Shown here piece by piece: positions 38,310 through 50,546 of a DNA stretch of 64,000 nt. Position 1 is the stretch's first letter. Each line of letters opens with the position of its first letter. A model generated the notes under the pieces. That model saw only the letters and a program-made list of their open reading frames with translations, had not been told where the DNA came from and ran no database searches. Origin of the DNA: Leucoraja ocellata (taxonomy: Eukaryota); NCBI GenBank assembly GCA_036785375.1, contig JAWMAR010000161.1, forward strand, positions 3,348,001 through 3,412,000. Reading direction: 5' to 3'. The position numbers were made by a program, and so were the translations under genes.

Positions 38310-39155
38310 ACACCAGTGTGTTGGACCGGACTTTAAACAATGACGAGATGAAGGAAAAAGAAGTATCAGGCCAACCAACCTTTCCCTCAATGTCAGCAAG
38401 ACGAAGGATCTAGGAAACAGAGTGGTATATATGGCCAGTTAGCACAGGGAGATGATTAAGACCTTTAAGTTCCCAGGAATATACATCATAGACAATTTGT
38501 CTTGGAACAATCACCTTGAGGCTACAGTCAAGAAAGCACACCAACACCTCTACGTCCTCAGAAGACTAAAGAAGTTCAGTGATTTCCAACAACTCTTCCC
38601 AACTTCTACAGACGCATTGTAGATAGCAACCCATTGGGATGCATCACAACTTGGTTTGACAACAGCGCTGCTCAAAACCGCAAGAAGTTACAGAGAGTTG
38701 TGGATATAGCCCAGTCCATCACACAAACCAGACTCCTACATTTAGTCCACCTACATTTCATGCTGCCTTGGGAAAATAGCCAACATAATCATGGAGCATT
38801 TTTGCCTCCCATCCCCACTTTTCACGTCTCCCGTCAGGTAGATAATACAAAAGCCTGAAAGGACGCACCACCAGATTCTTCCCTGCTGTTATCAAACCAC
38901 CGAGCGATCCTTTCATAAGTGAAAGGTGTAGACCAAAAACTCCTAACCCACCAGCGACACTTGAACTTTTTTCTCTCTGTGCCATCTCTAACTGTCATAC
39001 TATAATGTTTTTACACTATATATTCTGTACTCTGATATTTTGTTTTGCACTTGTGTATGCTTGGACTGTACTCATGTAGTATGATTTGACTGTTTAGCAT
39101 GCAAACACATTTTTTTCTCTGTATGTTGGTATATGTGACATAATAAACCAATATC
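38310..39155 (+). mobile_element. Degenerate Rex1/Babar LINE 3' part
   Basis: FADNTSV, FKFPGIYI..LSWNNH, KKAHQHLYVLRRLKKF, GCITTWFDNSAAQNRKKLQRVV; AATAAA tail. Confidence 0.82.
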
Positions 39156-39499
39156 AAAGGTCACCAGACTACCCATCTTTAAGGACTCAACAAGTTGGGA
39201 TTTGATAATAATCTGAACACATTCATTTCTTAAATTATTATTTCTAGATTATTAAAAGACTCAATTCAAATTCTGGTGCGATCTAAACTCAACTTCTTTG
39301 GGTTATTAGTCAAAGCCTCTGGATTACATGTTCAACAACATAACCCTTATACCACCTTGCATCAATATAGTTTACCACAGGTAAATAGATCAGCCTTAAA
39401 TAACTAGTGTTAACATTTCTTAATTCTGTTAATTAAGGGACAGACAGGAGATTCTGTTGTCGCAAATGGGACTCCAAGGTAGTGCACTAAAATGAATAA

Positions 39500-41085
39500 A
39501 ATGCCTTCAAGATAGCGGCAGCAGGGGGAAGAGAGGATCAGTGCTGGTGAGCAGGTTCTGAGCTTGCCTTCCGCACCTTTAGAGGTGCTCTAGGCGTTCC
39601 AAGGTTGGGTGAGGGAGACAGAGCAGTAGCTGCACGAGGCGAAAGGCAATGTTTTTGTGGGTAAATATGTCAATGCAGGCCCTGCAGCAGCCGGGGGACT
39701 GGATTGGGTGCCGCTGGAGGCCCAACAGAAGACGGATAAGCACGCAAATCAATATGGCCTGCAGCTGCACAGAGCAGCGGTAGAATGACATCAATAGCAT
39801 TGCCAGGCCAGGCCGAAACCTGCAACACTTACCCTGTGCCGCTGCGAGGACAATTGGCCTTTAAGACCAAGACAAGACTATATTTTTTAAAACAGAAAGT
39901 TGAAGGATACAAGATGGAGCCAGAAACATGGCAGTGTTTTAGGTACTGCCTCAGTGTAATCTACTATTCTTACATTACAATCATTGCACTTTTGTACTTA
40001 TGTATGATTGTGCTTATGCATGGCAAGATTTTACTGAATTGCATGCAAACCAAACAATTTCACTTTATGTAGGTACATGTGACAATAAAGTACCTACAAA
40101 CCATTGTGTTTTGCCTCCCTTGTGCAAAGATTGAGGATGCATTGGCACGGCTGCTGAACATTCTCAAAGGTGAGGGAAAGCCAGAAGTCGTTGTGCACAT
40201 TGGCAAAAATGATGTAGGAAAAGAAATGAGGAACATCAGAGTGAATATATGGTTAAGTACAAGATTACAAAATAAGGCCTCAAGGGCAGTAATCTCCAAA
40301 TTATTCCCAGTACCAGATGAATGCATGGCTGAGAAGTTGGCACAAGGGGCAGGGATTTAAATTTTCAGACCATTGGATCTCTTCTGCAGCTGAGGTGGCC
40401 TAAACTAGTGGGATGTGTTACATCTAAACTGGAGGGGAGCCAATATCCTCGCAGGGGAGGTTTATAGGGGCTATTCAGGAGGGCACAAATTGGAGTGTGA
40501 AGGAAGTGGGAACCAGAGCAGAAGGTCAGCAAATTGAAAGGCTGATAGAAAGGTAGAGGTTATGACCTGTATCAAAGGAAGGACAGGTAGATCAGCCATG
40601 ATTGAATGGTGGAGCTGGCTCAATGGGTCGAATGGCCCAATTCTACTCCTATGTTTTATGAAGTTACGAAATGGGGCCATGAAATGCCATTGGCAAGTTG
40701 GATCAATGACAATTCCAAATCTATTATATGTATATTAAAAGCAAGAGAGTGACCAGGGAAAGTTTAGGACCACTCAAGGATAAAGAGGAAATTTATACTT
40801 GGAATCAGGGAATGTGGGCGATGTACTAAACAAGTACTTTGCATCTGTATTCATCAAGGATAAGGACATGAGGGACAGTGTGATTGGTGTGAAGAATACT
40901 AATATGCTAGGGTAGTTTGAGTTCAGGATAGAGGTGGTGTTGTGGTTCTTGAAGAGCATTAACGTGGATGGGATCTATCCCAGCTCATAGGCGAGAAAGA
41001 ATATTGCAGGGTCATTGGCAAAGGTCTTTGTATCTTCTCTAGCCATGGGCGAGGTCCCGGAGGACTGGAGAATAGTCAATAGTCT
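39500..41085 (+). mobile_element. Fragmented CR1-type LINE (probable GC-rich 5' region, ORF1 esterase-like fragment, ORF2 fragments)
   Basis: VFCLPCAKIED..LLNILKGEGKPEVVVHIGKNDVG (SGNH-like ORF1 domain); GPLKDKEEIY..VLNKYFASVF; GEVPEDWRI. Confidence 0.72.
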
Positions 41086-41089
41086 TTGT

Positions 41090-41610
41090 TGAAATAAACA
41101 CGCCTTCAGTTTCACCATATTCCTTAACCTCTCCCTGCCTGTCCTTCCTTTGAGAATGACTGGTTAGAAGCTCTATGTTCCTCAAACCTTCCATTTGCTG
41201 AACTTCTATTCTGGCTCCCAAACTCCAGCCATTCTAGTTTAAACCCTCCCACGTGGCACTAGTAAATCTCTCTGCAAGGATATTGGTCCCTCTCCAGTTC
41301 AGGGCATCTTGTTCCACTTGTATAGGCCACTCTGCCCCAACCAGGATCCCTTTCATGGGCATGCACTTTCTGCCTGTACCTTAGATATGAGCACCTCACT
41401 ATAACTCATCTATTACATTATTTTACTCCCAGTTGTTGAGCTGCAGCTCCAGTTCCTGAAGTTGTTGAGCTGCAGCTCCAGTTCCCTCACACAGTCAGGA
41501 GCTGCACCTGGCCACACTTCCTATACGTGTAGCCCTCAGGGACCAGAAATCTCCATGACATTCCATACTCTGCGGGAGGAGCATAGCAATTCCCAAATTG
41601 CCATTTTCAC
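41090..41610 (-). mobile_element. CR1-type LINE 5'/ORF1 fragment in opposite orientation
   Basis: Reverse complement matches the LNWRGTNILA..GLN motif also seen at 40420-40490. Contains a 29-bp tandem duplication at 41431-41485. Confidence 0.6.
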
Positions 41611-43679
41611 TGCACTACCACAGAGGAACTTGTGAAAGGAAAAGACTCACTTTATTTCAGCTGCCTCGTAGAAGCGTTATATTGGTTTCAGGCCTATCAT
41701 TTATGAGAATGGATTTTTCTGAATTATTCTAACAATATATTTCATGATGTGGTACGAAATGTGGGGTGTGCAGATGCATCAAATGAAAATATTAGATGAT
41801 AAACATTTGAGCTCATCCTTGGACAGTAGTCTGAAATTTATATTGGTGTAAAAAAGTCACAGAGAAATGAGACAGCATACACTTACATGAAACTTTGTCA
41901 ACATGCACATTAACATGAGTGCCACGGCATGGTCATTAACCTGAAGGAAAGTAGTATTAACTATGAAGGAGATCAGTGAATTGAACATGTATTGTAGCAG
42001 GCTGTGAATTATTGTAAATTACTTCAGGAAAACACAAGAGGACTGGTTGAATGGCTGGATAGATAACAGATGCAATATAATGTATGATCCTAATGTGAGA
42101 TCCTAAATACTTAAAGTTAATGTAATTCAATGTAACATTTTCTTCAGACACACGAGCTTAAAAGCTGAAGCATGATTTTTTTTTAATTATGTGGAAAAAA
42201 TGTGGTTAAGTTGTCAAGTTTTTTGATTTAATACTTGCAGTAGAAAAGTTATAAAGTAATGCTAATAAAAGAAAAAATAATGGTGGAGTATTATAAGAAT
42301 ATCAGGTACAATTTTCAATTTAAATGTAAAATTGCCAGAGGATGGCAAGAAATCCACACTGCTCGTCTGATGACATTGCTGATCAGCTTGAGGTCTTACT
42401 TTCATAGTTACTAATTATCTGTGCTAATTTTACTTTCAACAGGATGGGTGGACGGATGGATACTTTATTGTCACATGTACTGTGAAGTTACAGTGACATT
42501 CTTTGTTTCTACATACACAGTGCACAGACCCGCCATAAGATACAGACAAAGTTACAAAGTACCCATAAATATCTTTAGTCCCTTCTTTATCCCCCTCCAC
42601 CCCCCCAACCCACCCCCACATTTGTATGGTGAGACATTTGATGGCAAATTAAAGGGAGCCTCTGTACCTATCAGAATGTAATAGTCAAATAGCCCCTTCA
42701 GTGGGTTTTGCTATTCAATGAAATAATAGCTAGTATGTGGCCAAATACTAAATATCCACCTTGCCCCATATCTCTGCCTTTGGTCTATGCCATAAAATGT
42801 TTTGGTTAACAAATGTCAAAAATTCTCATATTGATATCAACAATTGACTGAATATTTAATTGTAACTTGCAGAAGACATTTCCAAATTTCTGCTATTCTT
42901 TGTTTGTAAAGACATTTTCTCACTTTACTTGTTGAAGAAATGTGCATAATCTTAAGACTATGGTTTATTTTAAGACACTTTTCCAATTCTGCTCATCATC
43001 TCACCTCTGTATCTTATATGTTGTCACTATTTTTGACCTGATAAATTATTGCCTTAAAAACCATGGTTCTGACATTAACAGTTTTCTCTGAGGACCTTTA
43101 TCATATGCCTTACAGGAATTCATAGAAACAATCAATGTAGAAATTCCTCGTCACTGGTTGAAAAACTTCATTCGGGTTCATTGGGCATGTGCTATCCTTT
43201 TCACATCCATACTGGCTGTCTATGATCAGCTGAAGATAGTTATTACAAGGACGTACACATTCTGGAATCTCAAGAAAACACAAAATACTGGTGGATCAGT
43301 CTGTGGAAGGAATGGGTAGGCACTGAACCACGTCAGAACCATTCTTCAAACTGATTGTAGCAGGGGAGTGAAAGCTGGAGAAGAGAAGTGGTTGTAAGCA
43401 GGGGCGTCAACTAATTATAAACCCCTAGTAGTTTCCTGATAGGACATTTTAGATGAAGTTTAGAATTTCTTAAAGGTTTACCTCTTTTAGATTTTTTTTT
43501 TAAATAGAATAACTCAATTAATTTTACAATCTAAAAGCATGATTTGTGTATCAAGAAATTTTGGAAGAATTCAGTCAGAACACATAATGTTTTCATCTTG
43601 CTTCTTTAAAGAGTTAAAATTGATATTATTTTATCCTGTGATTTTCCATTCTTTAAAACCAGTATACTCTTCATGACTG

Positions 43680-44184
43680 CTAGAGAACATAGATAAGTAC
43701 AGCATAGAACAAGCTCTTTGGCCCACAATGTCTATGTCAAACAAGACACCAAGATAAATTAATCTCATCTGCCTACACATAGTTCCATACTCATCCATTC
43801 CCTGCATATCCTTTTGCCCAACTAGAAGCCTCTTAAACACCACTATTGTATTTGCCACCACCACCAAACCTGGCAATGTGATTCAGGTGCCCGGCAACCC
43901 TCTAAAAAGCTTGCCCGCACATCTCTTTTAAATTTCCCCCTTCATATTACAGCTATGTCCTCTAGTCTTTGAGATTTACACCCTGGCAAAAAGGTTCTGA
44001 CCGTCTAGCCTATCTATGCCTCATAATTCTATATACTTTTATCAGGTCACCCCTCAATTTCTGGTGTTCCAGAGAAAATAATCCAAGTGTCCAATTTCTC
44101 TTTATAGCTAATGCCCTCTACTCCAGCCAGCATTCTGCTAAACATCTTCTGCACCACCTCCAAAGCCTCCACATCGTTCCTGTA
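43680..44184 (-). mobile_element. CR1-type LINE 3' fragment
   Basis: YRNDVEALEVVQKMFSRMLAGVEGISYKEKLD..; typical 3' tail at ~43700. Confidence 0.82.
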
Positions 44185-44715
44185 AAGATATTTGATATTG
44201 TGGTGCCACCTGGTGGTCAGGCCACTTACTGGTCGAACCTTCGTCATCAGAACCGGCACGGTCGCGTGACAGGCTTTGGCAGGAACGTAACGTAATGAGT
44301 TAAGGGGAATGTACTGCCACATCAGCAGAAAGTTACCGCGAGATCAATAGTCAACAGACATGCCTCGCAGCAGCAACAATGACTTTTGTGTTAGAGTTCC
44401 AAACGTGCATGTATACCTACCTATAATGCCTGAATGAAGAAACCATTTATTCACAACGTTTGGTGTCTGTACATTGGTGACCCCGTCTGTCCAAAATGTT
44501 ATTTTGGATTTTGCGTTATGGGTACGACCGCCAACACCGCGCTGCAGCATGATGCTGCCGATGACAGCCTCCACTCACTACAGGAACTAGTCAACAGACG
44601 TGCCTCGCAGCAGCAGCAATGACTTTTGTGTTAGAGTTCCAAACGTGCATGTATACCTCACCTATAATGCCTGAATAAAGAAACCGTTTATTCACAACCG
44701 TTTGGTGCCTCTACA
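44181..44715 (+). mobile_element. Collapsed LTR-retrotransposon remnant: LTR, PBS (tRNA-Trp-like), ~100 bp internal sequence, partial second LTR
   Basis: ~127 bp direct repeats at 44348-44473 and 44588-44715, both ending TACA. TGGTGACCCCG follows the first. AATAAA is in the second. No TSD found; left boundary uncertain (44181 or 44310). Confidence 0.72.
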
Positions 44716-45156
44716 GTATGCCTTGCAAGCTGCTTTCTGCTCCCTTTCTGTAGTTCCTTCTTTGTGTTTTGTCACCTTTTGTTATTCATCATCATTTATC
44801 AGGATCAGTGCTAGTTTTTACATTTTTATGTGCTTTTTTTAAAGCCCTCTGTTAGCTCCAGTCATTCACAGTGCATTTTTTGCCCCTTATGGATGTAAGA
44901 GTTCTGGATCATATTAAATTCATGCTGAATAAAATCCACTGCTCTCTTCTCAAGGTGCCATTAACACATTTGACAGTGTACTTTGGAAAATCTACTTCTC
45001 GATGTATAAAAATCAGCCCTGCCTAAATCCAGAATTCTCATAACAATCCATCTCACTCCTTTCCCAACAGTATATTGAACTTAACCATTTATTATCAATA
45101 TAGGATGCATAACAGTTCATGTACACTGAGCCTGTATCTAGCCTGTACTATATTGA

Positions 45157-46407
45157 TAAATGAATGAATCTCTTTATTGTCATTGCACATGGTACAACAA
45201 AATTTAAAAGTCAATCCCATGGTGCGATTCACAAGAGCAATTTTAAATATATAAGAAATTGTAAAAATACATACATATAAAAAAATTAAAAAATTACAGA
45301 TAAATAACAATAGCAGCTGAGGTAGAGTCATTCAGTTGAATGTGAGTGTTATTTCTTATTTTGCAGTGTTAAGTTCACGTATGGCTATGGGGTAGAAGCT
45401 GTCTCTGAGTCTGTTTGTGCGAGTTTTGAAAGACCTGTACCGTCTGCCAGAGGGCAGCAGGTGGAACAGGTTGTGTCCAGGGTGGGAAGGGTCCTTCAGG
45501 ACGTTGGCTGTCCTGCCAAGGCAGCGAGAGCTGAAGATGTCCTTCAGGGAGGGCAGTGGGCAGCCAGTGATTTTTTGTGCGGTGTTGATGACCCTTTGAA
45601 GGGCTCTCCTGTCCGCTGCAGAGCAGCTGGTATACCATGTGGTTATACAGTACGCCAGCACATTCTCGATGGAGCAGCTGTAGAAGGACACCAGCAGCTT
45701 CTCCTCCAGGTTGTTTTTCCTGAGGATCCTCAGAAAGTAGAGTCGCTGCTGGGCCTTCTTGACTGCTGTGGTGGTGTTTGTAGTCCAGGAGAGATCCTCC
45801 GTAATTTGTGTGCCCAGGAATCTGAAGTCTGAGACCCTTTCCACACAGTCCCCATTGATGAATAGGGGTTTGAGGGCTGCACTGTTCTTACGAAAGTCTA
45901 TGATAATTTCCTTTGTTTTTGTGGTGTTTAGGATGTTGTCTGAACACCACGCTGCCAGTCTTTGGACTTCCTCCCTGTAGGCTGTCTCATCTCCTCCTGA
46001 GATGCGTCCAACCACAGTCGTGTCGTCCGCAAACTTGACGATGGTGTTGGTGGAGTGGGCGGGGGTGTAGAGGGCGTAGAGGAGGGGGCTCAACACACAG
46101 CCCTGTGGGGAGCCAGTGCTGAGTGTGATGGGGGTGGAGAGGTGATGGCCCAATCTGACGGTCTGGGGGCGGTTAGACAGAAAGTCCTTGATCCAGAGGC
46201 AGATGGGTTGGGAGAGTCCTAAATACATGAGTTCGGTGACCAGTCTGCTGGGGATGATGGTATTGAAGGCGGAGCTAAAGTCAATGAAAAGCATCCTTAC
46301 ATAGCTCCCCTGGTGTTCGAGGTGGGTCAGTGCAGTGTGAAGGGCAGTGGCGATGGCATCCTCAGTGGGCCTATTTGCTCTGTAGGCAAACTGGTGTGGA
46401 TCGAAGG
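45157..46407 (-). mobile_element. Young 5'-truncated Rex1/Babar-clade non-LTR retrotransposon
   Basis: Open RT frame, 3'UTR, AATAAA and a short (TTCA)n tail. Confidence 0.93.
45356..46405 (-). pseudogene. Reverse transcriptase (ORF2 C-terminal ~350 codons, no stops; 5'-truncated)
   Basis: [71 protein letters not shown]. Confidence 0.92.
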
Positions 46408-46924
46408 ATATATATCAAATCATGCACGCTTAGATTGTATATAGCACTGTTACATGACTTATTTACTAATCTAATATGGTCTTCTCCCTTATTAATTGCA
46501 GGCAAATTATTTCTAACATATTTTGAGAAGTACATTACCTTTCAGAATGGGATTGTCTGCCATTCTCAGTATTTTTCTACTTAAGCTACTCACCTCTGCT
46601 CTTTGCATTCTGCACCTTCACATTCTTATCCCAAGAGCCAATAATACTCTTAATATATACTCTCTATTAAATCGCTTCCAATTTTTAATTCTGCCTGTGG
46701 TCTCCAGTCAATATTTTACTGTCAATATATCCTTTATCAAAAGGATAATTTGATCTTTAATTTCAGACAGTTCTTCTATCACATATGTTACAATCCCGCA
46801 AATCGGCAATTGATGAATATGGGGGAAAAAAAATTATATTGCAATTTTCGAGAATGCAACGGCTTTAGGAATGCAACTATCATGTTACAGGAGTGCTAGT
46901 ACTAAGGTTGCTCGTCATATTATT

Positions 46925-48035
46925 TTCCTTTGCTATTGACACCACTGTCGTGGGCCAAATCACAAACAATTATGAGACTGAGTACATGAAGAAAATAGAG
47001 AACTTAATGACATGGTGTCAGGACAATAGTCTCCCCTCAATGCAAGCAAGTTCAAGGAGCTAGTTATTGACAATGTAGTATGGAGGAGAACATGCCCCAG
47101 TAGCATCAATGGTGAAGATGTGGAATGTTTGAGAGCTTCAGGTTCTTTGGCATTAACTTTACAACCTCTCGTGGACTAACCACATTAATACAACAGTTAA
47201 GAAGGCACAGCGACACCTATACTTCCTGAGGAGACCGAAGAAATTTGTCATGTCTCCAGTGACTCTTCCAAACTTCTACAGATGCACCATAGAAAGCATA
47301 CTGTCACGTTGCATCACAGCTTGGTTTGCAAATAGGTCTGCTCAAGACTGCAAGAAATTGCAGAGTTATAGATATAGTCCAGTCATCACACAGTCCAAAC
47401 CATTTCCTACCATTGACTCTACACATCATGCTACCTCAGAAAAGCTTTCAACAATCAAAAAGTTATCCCACCACAGTCATTCCTTCTTCTCCCTACTTCC
47501 ATTTGGCAGAAGGTACAGAAGCTTGAAAGCATGCACCATACAAACAACTTCTTCCCCTCCATTATCAGGCTTCTGAACAGTAGTCCTTCCATAAGCTAGG
47601 GTACTGTTCAGTTCATCTTTACCCCATTGAGGATATTTAACTTTGTCCAAGGACTTGATGCACCACAATGCGTTACAAAGCTGTGAGCAATATTTTGCAC
47701 TCTGTATCTTCCCCTTTGCGGTCAAGGAAAGAGCGTTCATGTTGCGGCCATGTTTCTACCAATCTTTCCACCACCACGGACAAGAAGCACAAGAAGCGCA
47801 AGACAGACACCATTGTATACAGATCCGTGAAGTGTGTTCAGCTCTGGCTGAACAACTTCTAATCTTGTATGTGGACTCGATAAGAAGATCTTCCCCTTGC
47901 TCTGTCGATTGTACTAAGTTTGAACTGATTGTTTATCTATCTACGGTATATTTGTTCTGTTTGGGTAGCATGTAAAACAAAGCTTTTCACTGTACATTGG
48001 TACATGTAAAATAATAAACTTAACACCAAACCTAG
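46925..48035 (+). mobile_element. Degenerate Rex1/Babar LINE 3' part carrying a ~170 bp foreign insert
   Basis: FA.DTTVVGQI, KKAQRHLYFLRR, NFYRCTIESILSRCITAWF, LLPFGRRYRSLK; the 3'UTR matches 34230-34405. Confidence 0.85.
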
Positions 48036-49758
48036 CCTATTTAGCCCCGAATGTCTTGGTGATCTTTCCAGCTGAGTCCTCCAACCCATGCTACTTCACC
48101 TTCGTTCAAAATTTACAAGTTTAAATTCCTTGTGAGCACCATACTTACCCTTTCCACTTGGATATTGGGTTCATTTCAATGCAAGAGTTGCACCTAAAGT
48201 TTCAATTCTATTTTGGCCAGAAACAGAAACAATAATCCTTACAGCAATCCAACAACTGAATGTTCAGTTTTGTAATCTGCTGCCTCAACATTAATAATAA
48301 CCCTTGACTTGAGTATAATTTAGATGCTATAACATCTGAGATCCTGCCCTTAAACGTAACCATTAGCACTTGGTATTAATCAAACATGATTTTGCACATA
48401 CTCTTCCCTATGTTGTGGGTTCCAATAGAACCACAATAACCACCATCACCATAATCTTTTCAAACTGGGTTTGTGATGTTCCTTATCCTGACATCAGGGG
48501 GGCAACAAACCACAGCTTCTCAAACCTATTTCTGAAGGATATTGCATATCCTCCAGTATCACAATTTCTGTGTTCTTCCTATTCTGGGTAATCTTCAATT
48601 CCAAGATGCTGTGATCAGTACCCTGGCTGTGATTTTGATACTCTTAGTCCTTATCTTCATAGAGAGCGAGTACATTGTGTCTGTTGGGTTACTCCAGCTC
48701 CTTATTAATTATCTCACTCCAGCCCTCTTTGTTCTGTACGCTATCCATTATAGCATTCTGACCTTTCATCTTTTTGTCAGGCATGGCGAGGTAACTGTTC
48801 AGATATAACTTCTCCTCTGTCACGAGTTGAACTTGTCTTATTGTCTAGTTCAATAATCTGAGCTGGAGTGATTCAAGGCAGAGATGATCTAATACATGTA
48901 TTTTCAGTCAGACAACATTATGATGCAAATGTTCTCACACACAGCAGGACTGTTATACCACAATAGAATACCATAGTTTCTGGTTTACTTCATAATTTTT
49001 CCCCCATTTGTTTTCTTTTTTAAAAAGCATACCAAGATGTACAAAAGTATAAAAACAATGATAAAGACTTGCATTTCCAGCTTACGCAAATACTAGAAGC
49101 TTCCCATAACCAGTTACCCCACGATTAGTGGGAATTGTGCACCAAAGCCCATTGGGAGTAGTGGTATGTATGCCACATATGGGTTTAGGTTATAAAGATT
49201 AGAATTTTATTCTCCCTCCAACCAAAGCCTGCACTGGTGCCAAGAAGCCAGCTTGGCCAGTTTGCTCAGCCATCTCTCAAACAATATGTCATCTTAAGCT
49301 GGATCTCCAGCTAATCACTAGCCCTTAATCTTATTCACAGCCAACTTACAAATTCAATTCAAAGCCATTGGAGGAGTTCTGGAGTGGTATAAAATAAGGA
49401 TTGGATTTATCACCAGTTTAATCATATTGTATTATCAGGAGAATTGGTCAGAAATTGCTGAATATGGTGAGCTGCCTGAGCTTAAGGTTGACCTGTGTGT
49501 TGAGGACCATATAATTAGCCATTGTCAATGCCCAATGTTAAGGCCCTGTGTAGCATTATGTTGTCACCTGGATGGGAAGGGAATGGATTTAAAGGGTAGG
49601 TGGAATGGCTCTGGACTTCCTGACAAAAGTCAGATGAATAAAGTCAATCAACCTGTAAAATAATTAACATTCACAAACCATTAAAATCATAGAGTCTCGG
49701 AATTGTAATAACACTGGAGGATACCATTTGTCCCATCAGGCAAAGCCAATTGTTATAA

Positions 49759-50546
49759 CTAGGTATGTTGCAAAGCCTACCTGAAGCGTCGCTGAAAATC
49801 TGTCCCAGTCCGTGTGCGCGATTTTGGCGCCGTTTAGAGGGGGGCGGGTTTAAAACGCAATTTTCCCTAGGCTGTTCAAATCGAGGTTTTTCAGCCTAGT
49901 TAATTATTAACGAAAAATCGCTGGAAGATTCTGTAGCTGGAGCTATTTTTAGTTTTAAGGGTTTTCTTTACTTGTTATAGTAGGTTAAAAATTAACCTCT
50001 AAACCCACGACCACCGACAACGGGTCGGATCTCATACAGGGGAAAACGGAAGGTAGGCTGTTTATTTATACGTTAAAAAGGGCTTCTTAAGATCCCTTTA
50101 TACAAAGTTTAATGTTGCGAGTAGCTAATTTGGGCCCCATTATATCCCGCAGTATTTTTCTGGGCATTTGAGGGCACAAATCTACCGCAATGTGAACGTT
50201 CTAAACCAGCGCGTTCACAGGATCCCACTAGAAAGCTGATTTAAATGGACTTTAATTTACAGCAATTGAACACCAAATTCCTTCCATTTGGCCTATAAAT
50301 TAATGTAAATGAGATTTTAAAATCATGTTTTATTGTGAATTATTTGTGAATATTATTTGGACACTTAGGCTATTTAAAAATGTTAATCATTTATTAAGAA
50401 ATGGATAGATGTTGCTGGCGACATGACATGTCGACCATATGGTTGTGAGGGGTCTCCTATGGTCGTGAGAGGTCTCCAAAGAGTCGTAGCATCTTTCTGG
50501 TCGCTGCTGAATTTTCAACATAAAGGTCGCGTGTGGGACAGGCCCT
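49759..50546. mobile_element. Composite DNA-transposon remnant: Helitron-like segment (49759-~50412) fused to the right end of the GTGGGACAGGCCC-TIR family
   Basis: On the minus strand the left end reads AGGTAGGCTTTGCAACATACCTAG|T (imperfect hairpin, CTAG, then T). The right end is GTGGGACAGGCCCTTAA. The Helitron call is tentative. Confidence 0.55.
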
